From: an uncultured bacterium
GTDB taxonomy: Bacteria > Hydrothermota > Tepidihabitantia > SM23-42 > JAOAFX01
DNA: 64,000 nucleotides
Assembly (NCBI GenBank): GCA_964418185.1
Contig: CAYQKL010000001.1
Coordinates: forward strand, 64,409 to 128,408
Direction: 5' to 3'
Under the pieces are notes generated by a model. The model ran no database searches and was not told where the DNA came from. It saw only the letters and a program-made list of their open reading frames with translations. The translations under genes were made by a program, and so were the position numbers. Shown here one piece after another: positions 1 through 11,265 of the stretch; position 1 is the first letter of the stretch; every line of letters begins with the position of its first letter.

Positions 1-100
1 GTCAAATTTTTGCGTATAACTTTTCAGTGCCCTATCACCGTACCTTTTTACCTCCCCAATCACCTTTGAAACCATCGATAACTCAGCACTCATCTGACAT

Positions 101-131
101 CTATAAAAATCATTACCCAGATTTTGGTAAT
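101..131 (-). terminator. possible intrinsic terminator downstream of trpG (6-bp stem AUUACC/GGUAAU followed by GAUUUUUAU on the minus-strand RNA)
   Basis: Short inverted repeat at 112-117 / 126-131 with a U-run on the transcribed strand; the stem is weak. Confidence 0.25.
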
Positions 132-140
132 AGACTATCC

Positions 141-749
141 TCAATTTTTCCTCCCCTGTTTTAATCTCTTCTTTGCTACAAATCTATATATTTCAAGAAA
201 ATTTCTCAGAATCTTTTTCCCGGATTTTGTCAGGATGGACTCCGGATGAAACTGTACCCCTTCAACATCATAAACCCGATGTTTCAACCCCATTATCAAA
301 CCATCGTTTGTCCAGGCAGTCACTTCAAGACAATTAGGAAGGCTTTCTCTTTCGACTATGAGCGAATGATAGCGCGTTGCCAGAAAAGGATTCCTTATTT
401 TCCAAAAGATATCCTTTTTGTTATGATAAATTAAAGATACCTTTCCATGCACAATATGATCTGCCCTTATAATTTTTCCGCCAAATACCCTTGCGATTGC
501 CTGATGCCCAAGACATACACCAAAAATTGGAATTCTATCAGCGAAAGCCTCAATGATTCTACAGGTCATGCCCGCATCATCAGGCGTTTTTGGACCCGGT
601 GAAATAAATATATAATCTGGTTTTAGTCTTCTTATCTTCATAATCGTTATCTCATCATTGCGGTATATCATCAATCTTTCGCCCATTGCCCCCAGATATT
701 GGGCGAGATTATAGACAAAAGAATCATAATTGTCAATCAAAAATATCAT
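141..749 (-). CDS. trpG: anthranilate synthase component II / glutamine amidotransferase (TrpG/PabA-type)
   Basis: Class I glutamine amidotransferase with GVCLGHQ catalytic-Cys motif; 4-nt overlap with trpE upstream; last gene of the supraoperon. Confidence 0.8.
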   Translation of the reverse strand: MIFLIDNYDSFVYNLAQYLGAMGERLMIYRNDEITIMKIRRLKPDYIFISPGPKTPDDAGMTCRIIEAFADRIPIFGVCLGHQAIARVFGGKIIRADHIVHGKVSLIYHNKKDIFWKIRNPFLATRYHSLIVERESLPNCLEVTAWTNDGLIMGLKHRVYDVEGVQFHPESILTKSGKKILRNFLEIYRFVAKKRLKQGRKN

Positions 750-2128
750 ACCATCTCCAGCGCTAATCTCAATGCCTTAATCTTATTTATTGTCTCCTGA
801 TATTCTTTCTGAGGTAGCGAATCAGCAACAATTCCTGCACCCCCCTGGATATAGGCGACATTGTTCTTCACAAGAATTGTCCTGATCGCAATACAGAAAT
901 CCATATTTCCGCCAAAATCAAAATAGCCTATCGCTCCGGCATATAAACCCCGCTTGACGGGTTCTAATTCATCAATGATTTCCATTGCCCTGATCTTTGG
1001 TGCACCTGAAACTGTGCCGGCAGGAAATGAGGCACTGAAAAGGTCAAATGCATCACAGTTCTTACGTAGATTTCCAGTGACATTTGAAACGATGTGCATG
1101 ACCCTGGAATACCGCTCAATTTTTAAGAGTGTAGTTGGTTTCACTGTTCCATATCTGCACACCCTGCCCAGGTCATTTCGTGCCAGGTCAACAAGCATAA
1201 TATGTTCAGCAAGTTCCTTTTCATCACTAAGGAGTTCTCTTTCTAATCTGCTATCCACTGTGACATTTTCCGCCCTGGGTCTGGTTCCTGCAAGAGGTCT
1301 GGATATTGCTACGCCGTCTTTCAGTTTTATAAGGATTTCAGGTGAGGAACCGAGGATAGTAATGTCATCAAGTTGCAGATAATACATATATGGTGAAGGA
1401 TTGGTCAGACGCAACGCGCAGTATATGTTAAATGATGAAGAATTAACAACGGTCTTCATTCGTTGGGAAAGAACGACCTGAAATATGTCGCCCGCAAAGA
1501 TGTAGTCCTTTGCCTTTTTTACAATGTTGCAGAATTCATCAGTGGTAAAATTTGAGTCATACTTCATTGACCTCTTCCCCTTCACTGATAAAATCTGTTT
1601 ATCTTCAGGCATATATAGAATTCTCTTTAAGTCATCAAGGCGATCTTTGTCTTTATTATACAAAATAATTTCGCAGGTACCGTATCGGTGGTCAAAGACG
1701 ATGATCTCTTCAGGAAAGATAAAAAAAAGATCAGGTATTTTCAGTTCATCAGGATTATTATCCGGAATTTTCTCAAAATATCTAATCGCATCATAAGAAA
1801 CATAACCCACTGCACCACCTGAGAATGGTGTAAAATATGAATGTATCCTGCTTGGTTTAATAATCTGCCGTAAAGACAAAAATGGATTGCCAGTTTTTAG
1901 ATCTTCTCTATCTTGATAAACTATCTGAATACGATTATTCTTTGCCTTGAAGATTATCCTGGGCATGGCGCCGATGAATGAATACCGTCCCCTTTCGCCA
2001 CCCTGTTCAAGCGATTCATATAAGAATGCGTAAGGTTCATTTTCATAGAGCATTTTGAATGCTGAAACAGGTGAGATTCTAAACCCAGAAAACTTTTTTC
2101 TAATTCTTAAACTGAATGCATCTTCCAT
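746..2128 (-). CDS. trpE: anthranilate synthase component I
   Basis: 460 aa chorismate-binding enzyme with LAGTRPR and GAIGY motifs; adjacent to trpG. Confidence 0.85.
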   Translation of the reverse strand: MEDAFSLRIRKKFSGFRISPVSAFKMLYENEPYAFLYESLEQGGERGRYSFIGAMPRIIFKAKNNRIQIVYQDREDLKTGNPFLSLRQIIKPSRIHSYFTPFSGGAVGYVSYDAIRYFEKIPDNNPDELKIPDLFFIFPEEIIVFDHRYGTCEIILYNKDKDRLDDLKRILYMPEDKQILSVKGKRSMKYDSNFTTDEFCNIVKKAKDYIFAGDIFQVVLSQRMKTVVNSSSFNIYCALRLTNPSPYMYYLQLDDITILGSSPEILIKLKDGVAISRPLAGTRPRAENVTVDSRLERELLSDEKELAEHIMLVDLARNDLGRVCRYGTVKPTTLLKIERYSRVMHIVSNVTGNLRKNCDAFDLFSASFPAGTVSGAPKIRAMEIIDELEPVKRGLYAGAIGYFDFGGNMDFCIAIRTILVKNNVAYIQGGAGIVADSLPQKEYQETINKIKALRLALEMV

Positions 2129-3404
2129 AACAAACTCTTTTCAGCAAATCAATAAAATCAGGAAAAGATATGCTGATACATTCGCAATCCTTGATGACTG
2201 TTCTACCCTCAGCAATTAAACCGGCGATTGTCATTGCCATAGCAATTCTGTGGTCCTGGTGACTATTGCATACAGCCCCCTTCAGCCTTGTCGGTCCATT
2301 GATCAACAATCCATCTTCAATCTCTTCTATATTTGCGCCAAATTTTTTCAATTCTGTGAAGATTGCCCTGATACGATCAGTCTCTTTTATCCGCAATTCT
2401 CCCGCATCTTTAATTATTGTCCTACCTTTGATCTGGGTTGCCAGAACCGCAAGCACAGGGATCTCATCAATCAATTTCGGAATCATTGGACCAAAGACCT
2501 TAAAAGGAGAAAGCATTGACCTTTTTATCATAATGTCAGCAACCGGCTCTCCTCCAACTATTCGGTAATTATCCATATTGATCTGAGCGCCTGCGTCTTT
2601 AAGCGTCTCAATCATACCACAACGTAAAGGATTGACACCAGTATCTTTGAGAACTAATTTATCGCCCGCAGTCAAAATTCCCAGCACAATAAAGAATGCA
2701 GCTGAAGATATATCGTTGGGAATCCAGATCGTTTTGCCTCTAAATTGTTGTCGCGGGAATATGATGATACTCTCTTTTGTTTTACAAAATTTTATCTGAA
2801 AATAATCAAAAATTTTTTCGGTATGGTCTCTTGTCGGAATCTGTTCTTCAATTGTAGTCCTGGAATTCGCATAAAGTCCGGCAAGCATCAATGCCGACTT
2901 CACCTGGGCGCTGGCAACGGGCAATCGGTAATCTATTCCTTTTAATGTAGAACCGATTATACACAATGGTGCGAGACCTTTGTTTCTACTATGTATCTTT
3001 GCACCCATTTGTTCTAATGGTTCAATAACCCTCCTCATCGGTCTCTTTCTCAAGGACTCATCACCGGTAAGTATTGAATTGAATCTCTGTCCAGCGAGTA
3101 AACCACTTAATAGACGCATTGTTGTGCCGGAATTGCCACAATCAAGTATATCCTCTGGTTCACCAAGTCCATCCAAACCCTTTCCTGATACCACAATTTC
3201 ATCTTTTTTGGTTTCAATTTCTATACCCATTTTTCGTAGGCATTTTAGCGTTGATAGACAATCCTCAGCATGAGAATAATTATTGATTCTTGTTTTACCT
3301 TTTGCAATTGCTCCAAGAATCAGACTGCGATGGGTGATTGATTTGTCGCCGCCCACCGAGATTTTTCCTGAACTTTTACTACATTTTTTGATCAATAGAT
3401 TCAT
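2100..3404 (-). CDS. aroA: 3-phosphoshikimate 1-carboxyvinyltransferase (EPSP synthase)
   Basis: 434 aa; N-terminal KSITHRSLILGAIAKGKT motif typical of EPSP synthase. Confidence 0.85.
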   Translation of the reverse strand: MNLLIKKCSKSSGKISVGGDKSITHRSLILGAIAKGKTRINNYSHAEDCLSTLKCLRKMGIEIETKKDEIVVSGKGLDGLGEPEDILDCGNSGTTMRLLSGLLAGQRFNSILTGDESLRKRPMRRVIEPLEQMGAKIHSRNKGLAPLCIIGSTLKGIDYRLPVASAQVKSALMLAGLYANSRTTIEEQIPTRDHTEKIFDYFQIKFCKTKESIIIFPRQQFRGKTIWIPNDISSAAFFIVLGILTAGDKLVLKDTGVNPLRCGMIETLKDAGAQINMDNYRIVGGEPVADIMIKRSMLSPFKVFGPMIPKLIDEIPVLAVLATQIKGRTIIKDAGELRIKETDRIRAIFTELKKFGANIEEIEDGLLINGPTRLKGAVCNSHQDHRIAMAMTIAGLIAEGRTVIKDCECISISFPDFIDLLKRVCYGRCIQFKN

Positions 3405-4239
3405 TTACACCATCCTTTACAACCGGATAACTTCCAAGGAATTTGAAGTAGACAGATACATTTTCTAAGGTTTCAATCGCACTTCGACAATTTTCCTCTT
3501 CAATACTACCCCGGAAATCAATATAAAAAATGTACTCCCAGGGCTTTCCAATGATCGGTCTTGACTCAAGTTTCAACAGATCAATGTTGCGCAAGGCAAA
3601 GATGCTCAAACAGCGAAACAGAATTCCTGGTTCGTTCTTTACCCCGAATACCAGGGTAGATTTTGCCTCTGGCCCCGCAAAAATTTTCTTTTCTTTTGAA
3701 AGTATGAGAAAGCGGGTAAAATTCATTGGATTATCTTCAATCTTTTTTCTTACTGCCTTCAAACCGTAGATCGCACCTACCTGTGGACCAGCAATGATAC
3801 CAACCTCGGTCTTGTTCTCTTTTACTACAACCTCAGCCGCACCGGCTGAATCAAAGAATGAAACAATCTTGTATTTCTGATTCTCCAACAGAAATCCCCG
3901 GCACTGTTCTAAGGCTGCAGGATGTGACCAGATCTCCCTGATATCCTCTAAGTGACCAATGCTGAAGAGATCATAGGTTATCTTCAATTCAACTTCAGCG
4001 ATTATCCAGAAATCGTGATTTAGCAACAGGTCATAATTTCTATGGATACTACCCATCAGAGAATTTTCAATGGGTAAAATTGTATATGCATCCTGATCAT
4101 TACTCAATGCACCTAAGGCATCCTCAAACCTTGTGAGCCCAACATATTCAACCGTGTTTCCGAAATAGGTCTGCCCGGCGAGTTCACTGTAGGCACCCCT
4201 TGTCCCCTGAAAATATACTTTGAGATTATCTCTTTTCAT
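3379..4239 (-). CDS. pheA: prephenate dehydratase (PDT domain plus C-terminal ACT domain)
   Basis: 286 aa with the TRF...ESRP signature; no chorismate mutase domain. Confidence 0.8.
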   Translation of the reverse strand: MKRDNLKVYFQGTRGAYSELAGQTYFGNTVEYVGLTRFEDALGALSNDQDAYTILPIENSLMGSIHRNYDLLLNHDFWIIAEVELKITYDLFSIGHLEDIREIWSHPAALEQCRGFLLENQKYKIVSFFDSAGAAEVVVKENKTEVGIIAGPQVGAIYGLKAVRKKIEDNPMNFTRFLILSKEKKIFAGPEAKSTLVFGVKNEPGILFRCLSIFALRNIDLLKLESRPIIGKPWEYIFYIDFRGSIEEENCRSAIETLENVSVYFKFLGSYPVVKDGVNESIDQKM

Positions 4240-5255
4240 AGTGTCCTGCCAATTGCATTGGCGATCTTTTTAATATCTTCCATCAACTCTCTAAAGACTT
4301 CAATTTTTAGCGATTGCTTTCCATCGGAAAGGGCGTTCGTTGGATCCGGATGAACCTCGACAATTATGCCATCGGCGCCAGCAGCGATTGCGGATTTCGC
4401 CAGGGCATTAACATATCTCCAATCACCTGAGGCGTGACTTGGATCAACAATGATTGGTAAGTGGGAGAATCTTTTTGCTACTGGTATTGCACTAATATCA
4501 AGGGTATTTCTTGTATAGGTCTCAAATGTTCTTATGCCTCGCTCACATAGAACCACATTCTGATTTCCTTCCGCAAGAATGTATTCAGCCGCCATCAGCC
4601 ACTCTTCAATCGTTGCTGACATTCCTCTTTTTAATAATACCGGCTTATTAAATCTGCCCACGGTTTTCAATAATGGAAAGTTTTGCATATTCCGCGCACC
4701 AATCTGCAATATATCAGCATACTTATAGACTAACGGAACATCAATCTCTGAAAGAACCTCAGTGACAATAGATAAACCTGCCTTTTCCCTTGCCCGAGCA
4801 AGTATCTCCAGACCCTTTTCACCAAGTCCTTGGAAACTGTAAGGTGAACTGCGGGGTTTATATGCCCCGCCGCGCAGATACTGTGCACCGGATTCTTTCA
4901 GGGCACAGGCAAGTTCAATCATCATACTTTCAGATTCCACTGCGCAGGGACCGGCAATCACAGCAATCATTCTATCACCAATCGTTTTACCATTAACTGA
5001 TACAACAGTATTTTCAGGATGGAATTCCCGGCTGGCAAGTTTGAACGGACTCAATATCGGTATGAGATTTTCAACCGCAGGTAGAGATTCAACTGCCTTG
5101 ATGAGTTTTTCTCTATCTGTAACACCGATGATATGGATCACGGTCTTTTTCTCACCGAGAAAAATCTTTGTACCATAACCCAATTCTTCAACTTTTTTTC
5201 TCACCCTATCTATATCTTCTTTAAGGGCTCCTGCCGACATTGTAATTATCATCAC
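4236..5255 (-). CDS. 3-deoxy-7-phosphoheptulonate (DAHP) synthase, type I-beta (KDO8PS-like) with N-terminal ~80-aa regulatory domain, paralog 1
   Basis: 339 aa; catalytic core IAGPCAVES...GARNMQN...KRG; N-terminal ferredoxin-like extension as in Thermotoga-type DAHPS. Confidence 0.8.
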   Translation of the reverse strand: MMIITMSAGALKEDIDRVRKKVEELGYGTKIFLGEKKTVIHIIGVTDREKLIKAVESLPAVENLIPILSPFKLASREFHPENTVVSVNGKTIGDRMIAVIAGPCAVESESMMIELACALKESGAQYLRGGAYKPRSSPYSFQGLGEKGLEILARAREKAGLSIVTEVLSEIDVPLVYKYADILQIGARNMQNFPLLKTVGRFNKPVLLKRGMSATIEEWLMAAEYILAEGNQNVVLCERGIRTFETYTRNTLDISAIPVAKRFSHLPIIVDPSHASGDWRYVNALAKSAIAAGADGIIVEVHPDPTNALSDGKQSLKIEVFRELMEDIKKIANAIGRTL

Positions 5256-5265
5256 TTACCTCCTC

Positions 5266-6279
5266 TTAAACTGTTCTGCCAATGGCTTGCGTTATAATCT
5301 TTAATTCCTCAACCAATTTTTGAAAACCTCTAACATTTAATGATTGAGGACCATCAGATAGTGCTTTTTCCGGATTGTTATGGACCTCCACCATTATCCC
5401 GTCAGCGCCAGCCGCAATTGCCGCCCGAGATAGAGGCAAAACCATATCACGTTTTCCCGAAGCATGACTCGGGTCGGCAATCACTGGCAAATGTGAAATT
5501 CTTTTCAATTCCGGAATGCTACTGATATCAAGGGTGAAACGGGTAAAATCGCTGAATGTCCTTATCCCCCTTTCACAAAGAATAACATTGTAGTTGCCTT
5601 CAGACATAATGTACTCGGCCGCCAATAAGAACTCCTGAATGGTAGAAGCCATTCCTCTCTTCAGCAGTACTGGTTTCTTACATCTTCCAGCTCTTTTCAA
5701 GAGTGAATAATTCTGCATATTCCTTGCTCCAATCTGGATGATATCTGCATATTCCTCAACCAGCGAAAAGACTTCTGTATCTACTGCTTCAGATACCACG
5801 GGTAAGTTTGTTTCTTTACCTGCTTTGGACAATATCTTCAATCCTTCTTCACCCATTCCCTGGAATGAATATGGCGAGGTACGGGGTTTAAATGCGCCGC
5901 CACGCAGCATATCGGCACCAATGGACTTCACTGCTTGAGCAATGCTTATGACCTGCGCTTCTGATTCAACCGCACACGGGCCTGCAATTACCACTGCCTT
6001 TTTATTACCAATTACTACGTTACCAATCTCTATCTTTGTATCATCCGGTTTCATCTCTCTACTGGTCAACTTATATGGCTGGGTAACAGGAATGACATTT
6101 ATCACCCCATCCTGTGCCTCAATCTTTTGTCTATCAATCATATCTTTATTACCGGTAATGCCAATTGCCACACGCTGGGCGCCTTTTATTGGATGGGGCA
6201 CAAGCCCCATCTCTTTTATCACCTGACAGACCGCTTTTATCTGGTCTTCAGTTGCATCCTTGTGCATAACCACAAGCAT
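5266..6279 (-). CDS. 3-deoxy-7-phosphoheptulonate (DAHP) synthase, type I-beta with N-terminal regulatory domain, paralog 2
   Basis: 337 aa; same architecture and motifs ([18 protein letters not shown]) as the adjacent paralog. Confidence 0.8.
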   Translation of the reverse strand: MLVVMHKDATEDQIKAVCQVIKEMGLVPHPIKGAQRVAIGITGNKDMIDRQKIEAQDGVINVIPVTQPYKLTSREMKPDDTKIEIGNVVIGNKKAVVIAGPCAVESEAQVISIAQAVKSIGADMLRGGAFKPRTSPYSFQGMGEEGLKILSKAGKETNLPVVSEAVDTEVFSLVEEYADIIQIGARNMQNYSLLKRAGRCKKPVLLKRGMASTIQEFLLAAEYIMSEGNYNVILCERGIRTFSDFTRFTLDISSIPELKRISHLPVIADPSHASGKRDMVLPLSRAAIAAGADGIMVEVHNNPEKALSDGPQSLNVRGFQKLVEELKIITQAIGRTV

Positions 6280-7060
6280 ATAACCTCCTTTTATTTTTTG
6301 TGGTTGCTTCTTTAAATTTCTTTAGCAACATCTTTAAATCTTCTTTATTTCTTATTGCCTCAATTATCCTGCTACCAATTACAACACCATCTGCAACCTG
6401 ACACAATCTCCTGACCTGTTTGGGATTTGAAATGCCAAATCCTACAACAACAGGCTTTTTTACAATCTTCTTAACTTTACTTATAAATATGGGTAAGGTT
6501 CTGGGAAGCCTTTTCCTCACCCCGGTCGTCCCTGTAACACTTAAACAATATACAAAACCACTGCTCATCTTCCCAATCATTCTTATTCTTTCTGTATTTG
6601 ATGTCGGTGCAACCAATTGTATCAAATTTATTCTATAATTATCAGCAAATTTTTCAATCAATCCTGATTCTTCAACCACCAGATCCGGCACGATCAATCC
6701 TGAAATACCAATTTGAGAAATCTTTTTATAAAATTCCTCAATACCGAACGCAAAGACAGGGTTCAAATAGGTCATAATGACAAGTGGAGTTTCAATCTCT
6801 ATTTGTGCAATCTCTTCAAATATTTTATTAAGTGCTATTTTATTATTCAACGCAATATTTGATGCATACTGTATCGTCTTTCCATCCGCAATCGGGTCTG
6901 AAAAAGGGATTCCTATCTCAATAATGTCTGCATATAAACTGCTCTCTTTTATATATTTGATTGATTCTTTAATCCCTGGATAACCTGCAGTAAGATATAC
7001 AATCAAGGCAGATTCATTATTTTTTGAAAGGCATTCAAACTTTTTATCAATCTTATTCAT
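6248..7060 (-). CDS. trpA: tryptophan synthase alpha chain
   Basis: 270 aa; N-terminus ([11 protein letters not shown]) and overall TrpA pattern. Confidence 0.8.
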   Translation of the reverse strand: MNKIDKKFECLSKNNESALIVYLTAGYPGIKESIKYIKESSLYADIIEIGIPFSDPIADGKTIQYASNIALNNKIALNKIFEEIAQIEIETPLVIMTYLNPVFAFGIEEFYKKISQIGISGLIVPDLVVEESGLIEKFADNYRINLIQLVAPTSNTERIRMIGKMSSGFVYCLSVTGTTGVRKRLPRTLPIFISKVKKIVKKPVVVGFGISNPKQVRRLCQVADGVVIGSRIIEAIRNKEDLKMLLKKFKEATTKNKRRLYACGYAQGCN

Positions 7061-8249
7061 AAAACTCCTCTACAATCTGGAGGTCCTTATCACCCCTTCC
7101 TGAAAGGTTTACGATGATTATCTTTTCTGGATTTATCTTCTTTGCCTCCTTGATTGCGATATATACTGCATGGGCGCTCTCCAGTGCTGGTATGATACCT
7201 TCGGTCTCAGTGAGAATTCTAAATGCCTTGAGTGCCTGTTTGTCTGTGCAGGAAGTATACTGGACACGACCTTTGGATCTTAAAAAGGCATGCTCTGGAC
7301 CAACCCCCGGATAATCAAGGCCTGGTGCAATGGAATGGGTTGGACTTATCTGCCCATCACCATTCTGGAGCACATAACTCATTGCTCCATGGAGAACACC
7401 CATCGTTCCATAAGAAAGTGTTGCTGAATGTTTCTTTGTATAAATTCCCTTTCCACCAGCCTCAACACCGAGCATCTTTATTTCTGTATCAAGGAAGGGA
7501 TGAAAAAATCCTATTGCATTGCTACCGCCACCAACACAGGCAATGAGGAGGTCAGGCATTCTCCCGGTTATTTTCAATATCTGTTTTTTCGTCTCTTTGC
7601 CAATGACTGATTGAAAATCGCGCACCATCATTGGATATGGATGTGGACCAACGACCGAGCCAATACAATAATAAGTCGTCCTCACATTCGTTACCCAATC
7701 CCTTATCGCCTCATTTATTGCATCCTTCAAGGTCTGTGTTCCTGAATCAACCGGTATTACATCTGCACCGAGGAGTTTCATCCTTAAGACATTCATACTT
7801 TGCCTTTGAACATCCTTCTTCCCCATATATATTACACATTGCAAGCCGAACAAGACACAGGCAGTAGCGGTTGCTACACCATGCTGACCTGCACCGGTCT
7901 CAGCAATTATCCTCTTTTTTCCCATCATCTTTGCCAGAAGGACCTGGCCAATCGTATTATTTATCTTGTGCGCACCGGTATGGAGGAGGTCTTCCCTTTT
8001 AAAATAGAGCCTTGCACCTTTTAATCTCTCTGATAGATTCTTTGCATAATATAATGGAGTTGGCCTTCCTGCACAATTTTTTAGATAATGATTCAGTTCG
8101 CGTTTGAAATCAGGACTGTTCTTAAGGCGATTATATGCCTCTTCAAGTTCAATAATGGCGGACATCAAAGTCTCAGGGACGAATCTGCCACCAAACCTGC
8201 CAAAATATCCCTTTTTGTCAGGCTTCTTATAAGCCATCTCCTCCCCCAT
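7053..8249 (-). CDS. trpB: tryptophan synthase beta chain
   Basis: [16 protein letters not shown] and HTGAHKINN (PLP lysine) motifs. The ORF extends to 8324, but the conserved N-terminus begins at MAYKK or MGEEM, so the start is placed near 8237-8249 (uncertain). Confidence 0.8.
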   Translation of the reverse strand: MGEEMAYKKPDKKGYFGRFGGRFVPETLMSAIIELEEAYNRLKNSPDFKRELNHYLKNCAGRPTPLYYAKNLSERLKGARLYFKREDLLHTGAHKINNTIGQVLLAKMMGKKRIIAETGAGQHGVATATACVLFGLQCVIYMGKKDVQRQSMNVLRMKLLGADVIPVDSGTQTLKDAINEAIRDWVTNVRTTYYCIGSVVGPHPYPMMVRDFQSVIGKETKKQILKITGRMPDLLIACVGGGSNAIGFFHPFLDTEIKMLGVEAGGKGIYTKKHSATLSYGTMGVLHGAMSYVLQNGDGQISPTHSIAPGLDYPGVGPEHAFLRSKGRVQYTSCTDKQALKAFRILTETEGIIPALESAHAVYIAIKEAKKINPEKIIIVNLSGRGDKDLQIVEEFYE

Positions 8250-8667
8250 TAATAAAGTATTCAATTGCAAGGATATATCCATACCAGCCCAGCCCTGTAA
8301 TCTGACCAGTACATACTGGTGCAATCAAACTTTTGTGTCGGAATGGCTCGCGCGCGTAAATATTGCTGATATGGACCTCTATTGACTTTATCCCAACTCC
8401 CTCAATTGCATCCCTTATTGCCACAGATGTATGGGTATAGGCACCGGGATTTATCACTATCCCATCATAAACATCAGCAGTCTGAATCAAATTGATTATT
8501 TCAGTTTCTGAATTTGTCTGGTGGATATCAACTTCTATATTTTTCTCTCGTACAAAATCAATGATCCTTTTATTGATTTCCTTAAGACTTAAAGACCCAT
8601 AGACCTCCGGAATTCTTTTCCCCAGTAGATTTAGATTTGGTCCGTGGATCAAAAGAATTTTCTGCAT
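8227..8667 (-). CDS. aroQ: 3-dehydroquinate dehydratase, type II
   Basis: 146 aa; [19 protein letters not shown]-terminus typical of type II DHQase. Confidence 0.85.
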   Translation of the reverse strand: MQKILLIHGPNLNLLGKRIPEVYGSLSLKEINKRIIDFVREKNIEVDIHQTNSETEIINLIQTADVYDGIVINPGAYTHTSVAIRDAIEGVGIKSIEVHISNIYAREPFRHKSLIAPVCTGQITGLGWYGYILAIEYFINGGGDGL

Positions 8668-10202
8668 AGAACCTCCTTAATAATAACCTTACCAATTCTT
8701 TGAAAAATTGGCATTCTTATCTTTGCACCTTTCATTTTTTTATCCTGAAGCAACATTCTTGCAATATCTGCTTGTTTCGTTCCCTCAGGCAAACCAATGG
8801 GCAGGGAATAATCTTTTAATAAACTCTTCACTTTCGCCAGTTCTGCCTTTTCCTTACCAAAGAGCCGTATCTCCTCAAGCATACCCATTGCAACTGCCTC
8901 ACCATGTGAATACTTTCTATAATTCGTCGTTGTTTCAATGATATGCCCAATGGTATGTCCAAAATTCAAAATTTGTCTGAATCCCTTTTCCTCATCTTCA
9001 TCCCTGCTTATAATTGCTGCTTTCATAAAGGCACAATCTCTGACAATCTGATAGAGCATTGATAAGTTCCGTTGCATTATCCCTTTTCTCTTCGCCTGTA
9101 AAGTTTCAAACAGTCTTTGCGATCCTATCAGACTGTATTTGATAACCTCAGCAATACCATTTATAAATTCTCTATCAGACAGAGTCAAAAGTTTTTTAAT
9201 GTCACATATCACCAGTTCTGGCTGGTAGAATGTGCCAAGCATATTTTTGCCAGATTGTGTATTAATCCCGGTCTTACCACCAATGGCTGCATCAACCTGG
9301 GCAAGGAGCGTCGTTGGTATATGAACAATCTTGCATCCCCTCTTTAATATTGAAGCAACAAAACCCGTAATATCAGTTATCACCCCGCCGCCAAGGCTGA
9401 CAATAAAATCCTGCCTTTGAAAGTTTAACTCGAGAAGAAAATTGCAAATCCTTTCCACAGTATCGATATTCTTGTGCAGTTCACCATCAGGAATTACCAA
9501 ATAATGGACCTCTTTTCCCTGATTTTTCAAATGTTCTATTATTTCTCCTAAATACAGTGCTCCAACCAATGGGTTTGTGATAATTACTACCCTTTTCTGC
9601 CTTATCTTCAATCGTCCCAGAATATCAAAACCAATTACCAGCGGATAATCTTTTGTCTTTGTCTTTACTGAGATTTCTATCTTTTTGTTGCAGGTATACA
9701 GCTTCTTTAAGTTGAGTCGGCACTCAATCTCGTGGGCAATACGATCTGGTGGCAGTGTTGAAGTATCAATCGTAATTCGGGCAAAGTCATAGATACCTTT
9801 TCTCTGTCTGTAAAGCCTTTCAATGTCAATCTTTGATTTCACCAGAGGACGAGAAGATTCTGGTATAATCCTTTTCTTCAGCACATCTGGCTCTGCAAAT
9901 AACTGAACGATTGTGCCAAGACTCGCCAATGTTCTGCGGTTTTCGGGAGGAATAACCATCCCTCCGCCGGTAGCAACCACGACATTTTTCAAACCCTTAA
10001 TTCTGTTGAGTGCCCATTTTTCTTTCTTCCGGAAATAATCTTCACCCCTCTCTTCAAAGATCTTTGCCACTGTCTTTTGTTCAACCAGTTCAATCATCTG
10101 GTCAGTTGAAATGAATGCCATATTTGTATTCTGCGCAAGTATCTTCCCCACGCTATCCTTACCGGTTCCCATAAAACCAACAAGAATTATATTTTCAAAC
10201 AT
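8649..10202 (-). CDS. aroB: bifunctional shikimate kinase / 3-dehydroquinate synthase (AroK-AroB fusion)
   Basis: 517 aa. N-terminal ~170 aa has the shikimate kinase P-loop GFMGTGKDSVGK. C-terminal ~350 aa is a DHQ synthase (NAD-binding GGGV, metal-binding His residues). Confidence 0.8.
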   Translation of the reverse strand: MFENIILVGFMGTGKDSVGKILAQNTNMAFISTDQMIELVEQKTVAKIFEERGEDYFRKKEKWALNRIKGLKNVVVATGGGMVIPPENRRTLASLGTIVQLFAEPDVLKKRIIPESSRPLVKSKIDIERLYRQRKGIYDFARITIDTSTLPPDRIAHEIECRLNLKKLYTCNKKIEISVKTKTKDYPLVIGFDILGRLKIRQKRVVIITNPLVGALYLGEIIEHLKNQGKEVHYLVIPDGELHKNIDTVERICNFLLELNFQRQDFIVSLGGGVITDITGFVASILKRGCKIVHIPTTLLAQVDAAIGGKTGINTQSGKNMLGTFYQPELVICDIKKLLTLSDREFINGIAEVIKYSLIGSQRLFETLQAKRKGIMQRNLSMLYQIVRDCAFMKAAIISRDEDEEKGFRQILNFGHTIGHIIETTTNYRKYSHGEAVAMGMLEEIRLFGKEKAELAKVKSLLKDYSLPIGLPEGTKQADIARMLLQDKKMKGAKIRMPIFQRIGKVIIKEVLCRKFF

Positions 10203-11265
10203 TTTTTATCCTTTTTATGTACTGTTTATAAACAGCTTTTATATCATCAAGGTTGTCGCTACCGAATTTCTCACAGAATGTGTCAGCAAGCACATAGGCA
10301 AGCATTGATTCCGCAATTACACCAACGGATTCAACTGCACATACATCAGCCCTTGGACTTGGTGCAAAGACTTTCTCTTTTGTCCTCAGGTCAACCGAAG
10401 TTAGTGGATTTCTTAATGTCGGGATTGGTTTGACATAAAGCCTAATTACAATCTTCGCACCATTGCTTACACCACCCTCAATGCCACCAGCATGATTAGT
10501 CTTTCTGTAAAGACCATTCTTCTTGTCATAAAATATCTGATCCTGGACTTCTGAACCAAAACAATAACTGTCTCTTATCGCATCCCCAATCTCCACTCCC
10601 TTTACCGAAGGTATTGAGAGCATCACCATTCCAATGCGCGCATCAAGTCTTTTGTCAAATTGTGTGTAACTTCCCAATCCTGGACAAACATTGTCTGCGA
10701 ATACCTCAACTACTCCACCCAATGTATCACCCTTTGCACGCGTCTCGTCTATAATTTTCTTCATATTGGACTGCCCCTTTGCCAGACCAACAGAAATCAT
10801 CCTGGAACCTATTGTAATACTAAATTCATTTAAGAATAATTTAAAGATTGCGCCGGCAGCAACCCTCGCCACAGTCTCCCGTGCCGATGCCCGTTCAATG
10901 ACATCTTGTATATCAGAAAGTCCATATTTCAAAAATCCTGCAAGGTCTGCGTGACCGGGCCTGGGTACAGAAACAAATCTATTGTTCCGGTGCAGACTGT
11001 TCATAAACTCTTCCGCACGATAATCCTGATTTCTAACAAAGATACCTATGGGTGAACCAATTGTCTGTTGACACCTTATTCCTGAAATTATTTCTGCACA
11101 GTCAAACTCAATCTTCATCCTCACACTACGGCCATATCCTGCCTGACGCCTGAGGAGTTCATTATTGATAAAATCAAGCTTTATCTTGAGACCCGCCGGC
11201 ATACCATCTATTATAACTGATATACCGGTTCCGTGAGATTCTCCCGCAGAAAGCATTCTAATCAC
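10195..11265 (-). CDS. aroC: chorismate synthase
   Basis: 356 aa; GESHG N-terminal motif and overall AroC pattern. Confidence 0.85.
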   Translation of the reverse strand: MIRMLSAGESHGTGISVIIDGMPAGLKIKLDFINNELLRRQAGYGRSVRMKIEFDCAEIISGIRCQQTIGSPIGIFVRNQDYRAEEFMNSLHRNNRFVSVPRPGHADLAGFLKYGLSDIQDVIERASARETVARVAAGAIFKLFLNEFSITIGSRMISVGLAKGQSNMKKIIDETRAKGDTLGGVVEVFADNVCPGLGSYTQFDKRLDARIGMVMLSIPSVKGVEIGDAIRDSYCFGSEVQDQIFYDKKNGLYRKTNHAGGIEGGVSNGAKIVIRLYVKPIPTLRNPLTSVDLRTKEKVFAPSPRADVCAVESVGVIAESMLAYVLADTFCEKFGSDNLDDIKAVYKQYIKRIKNV

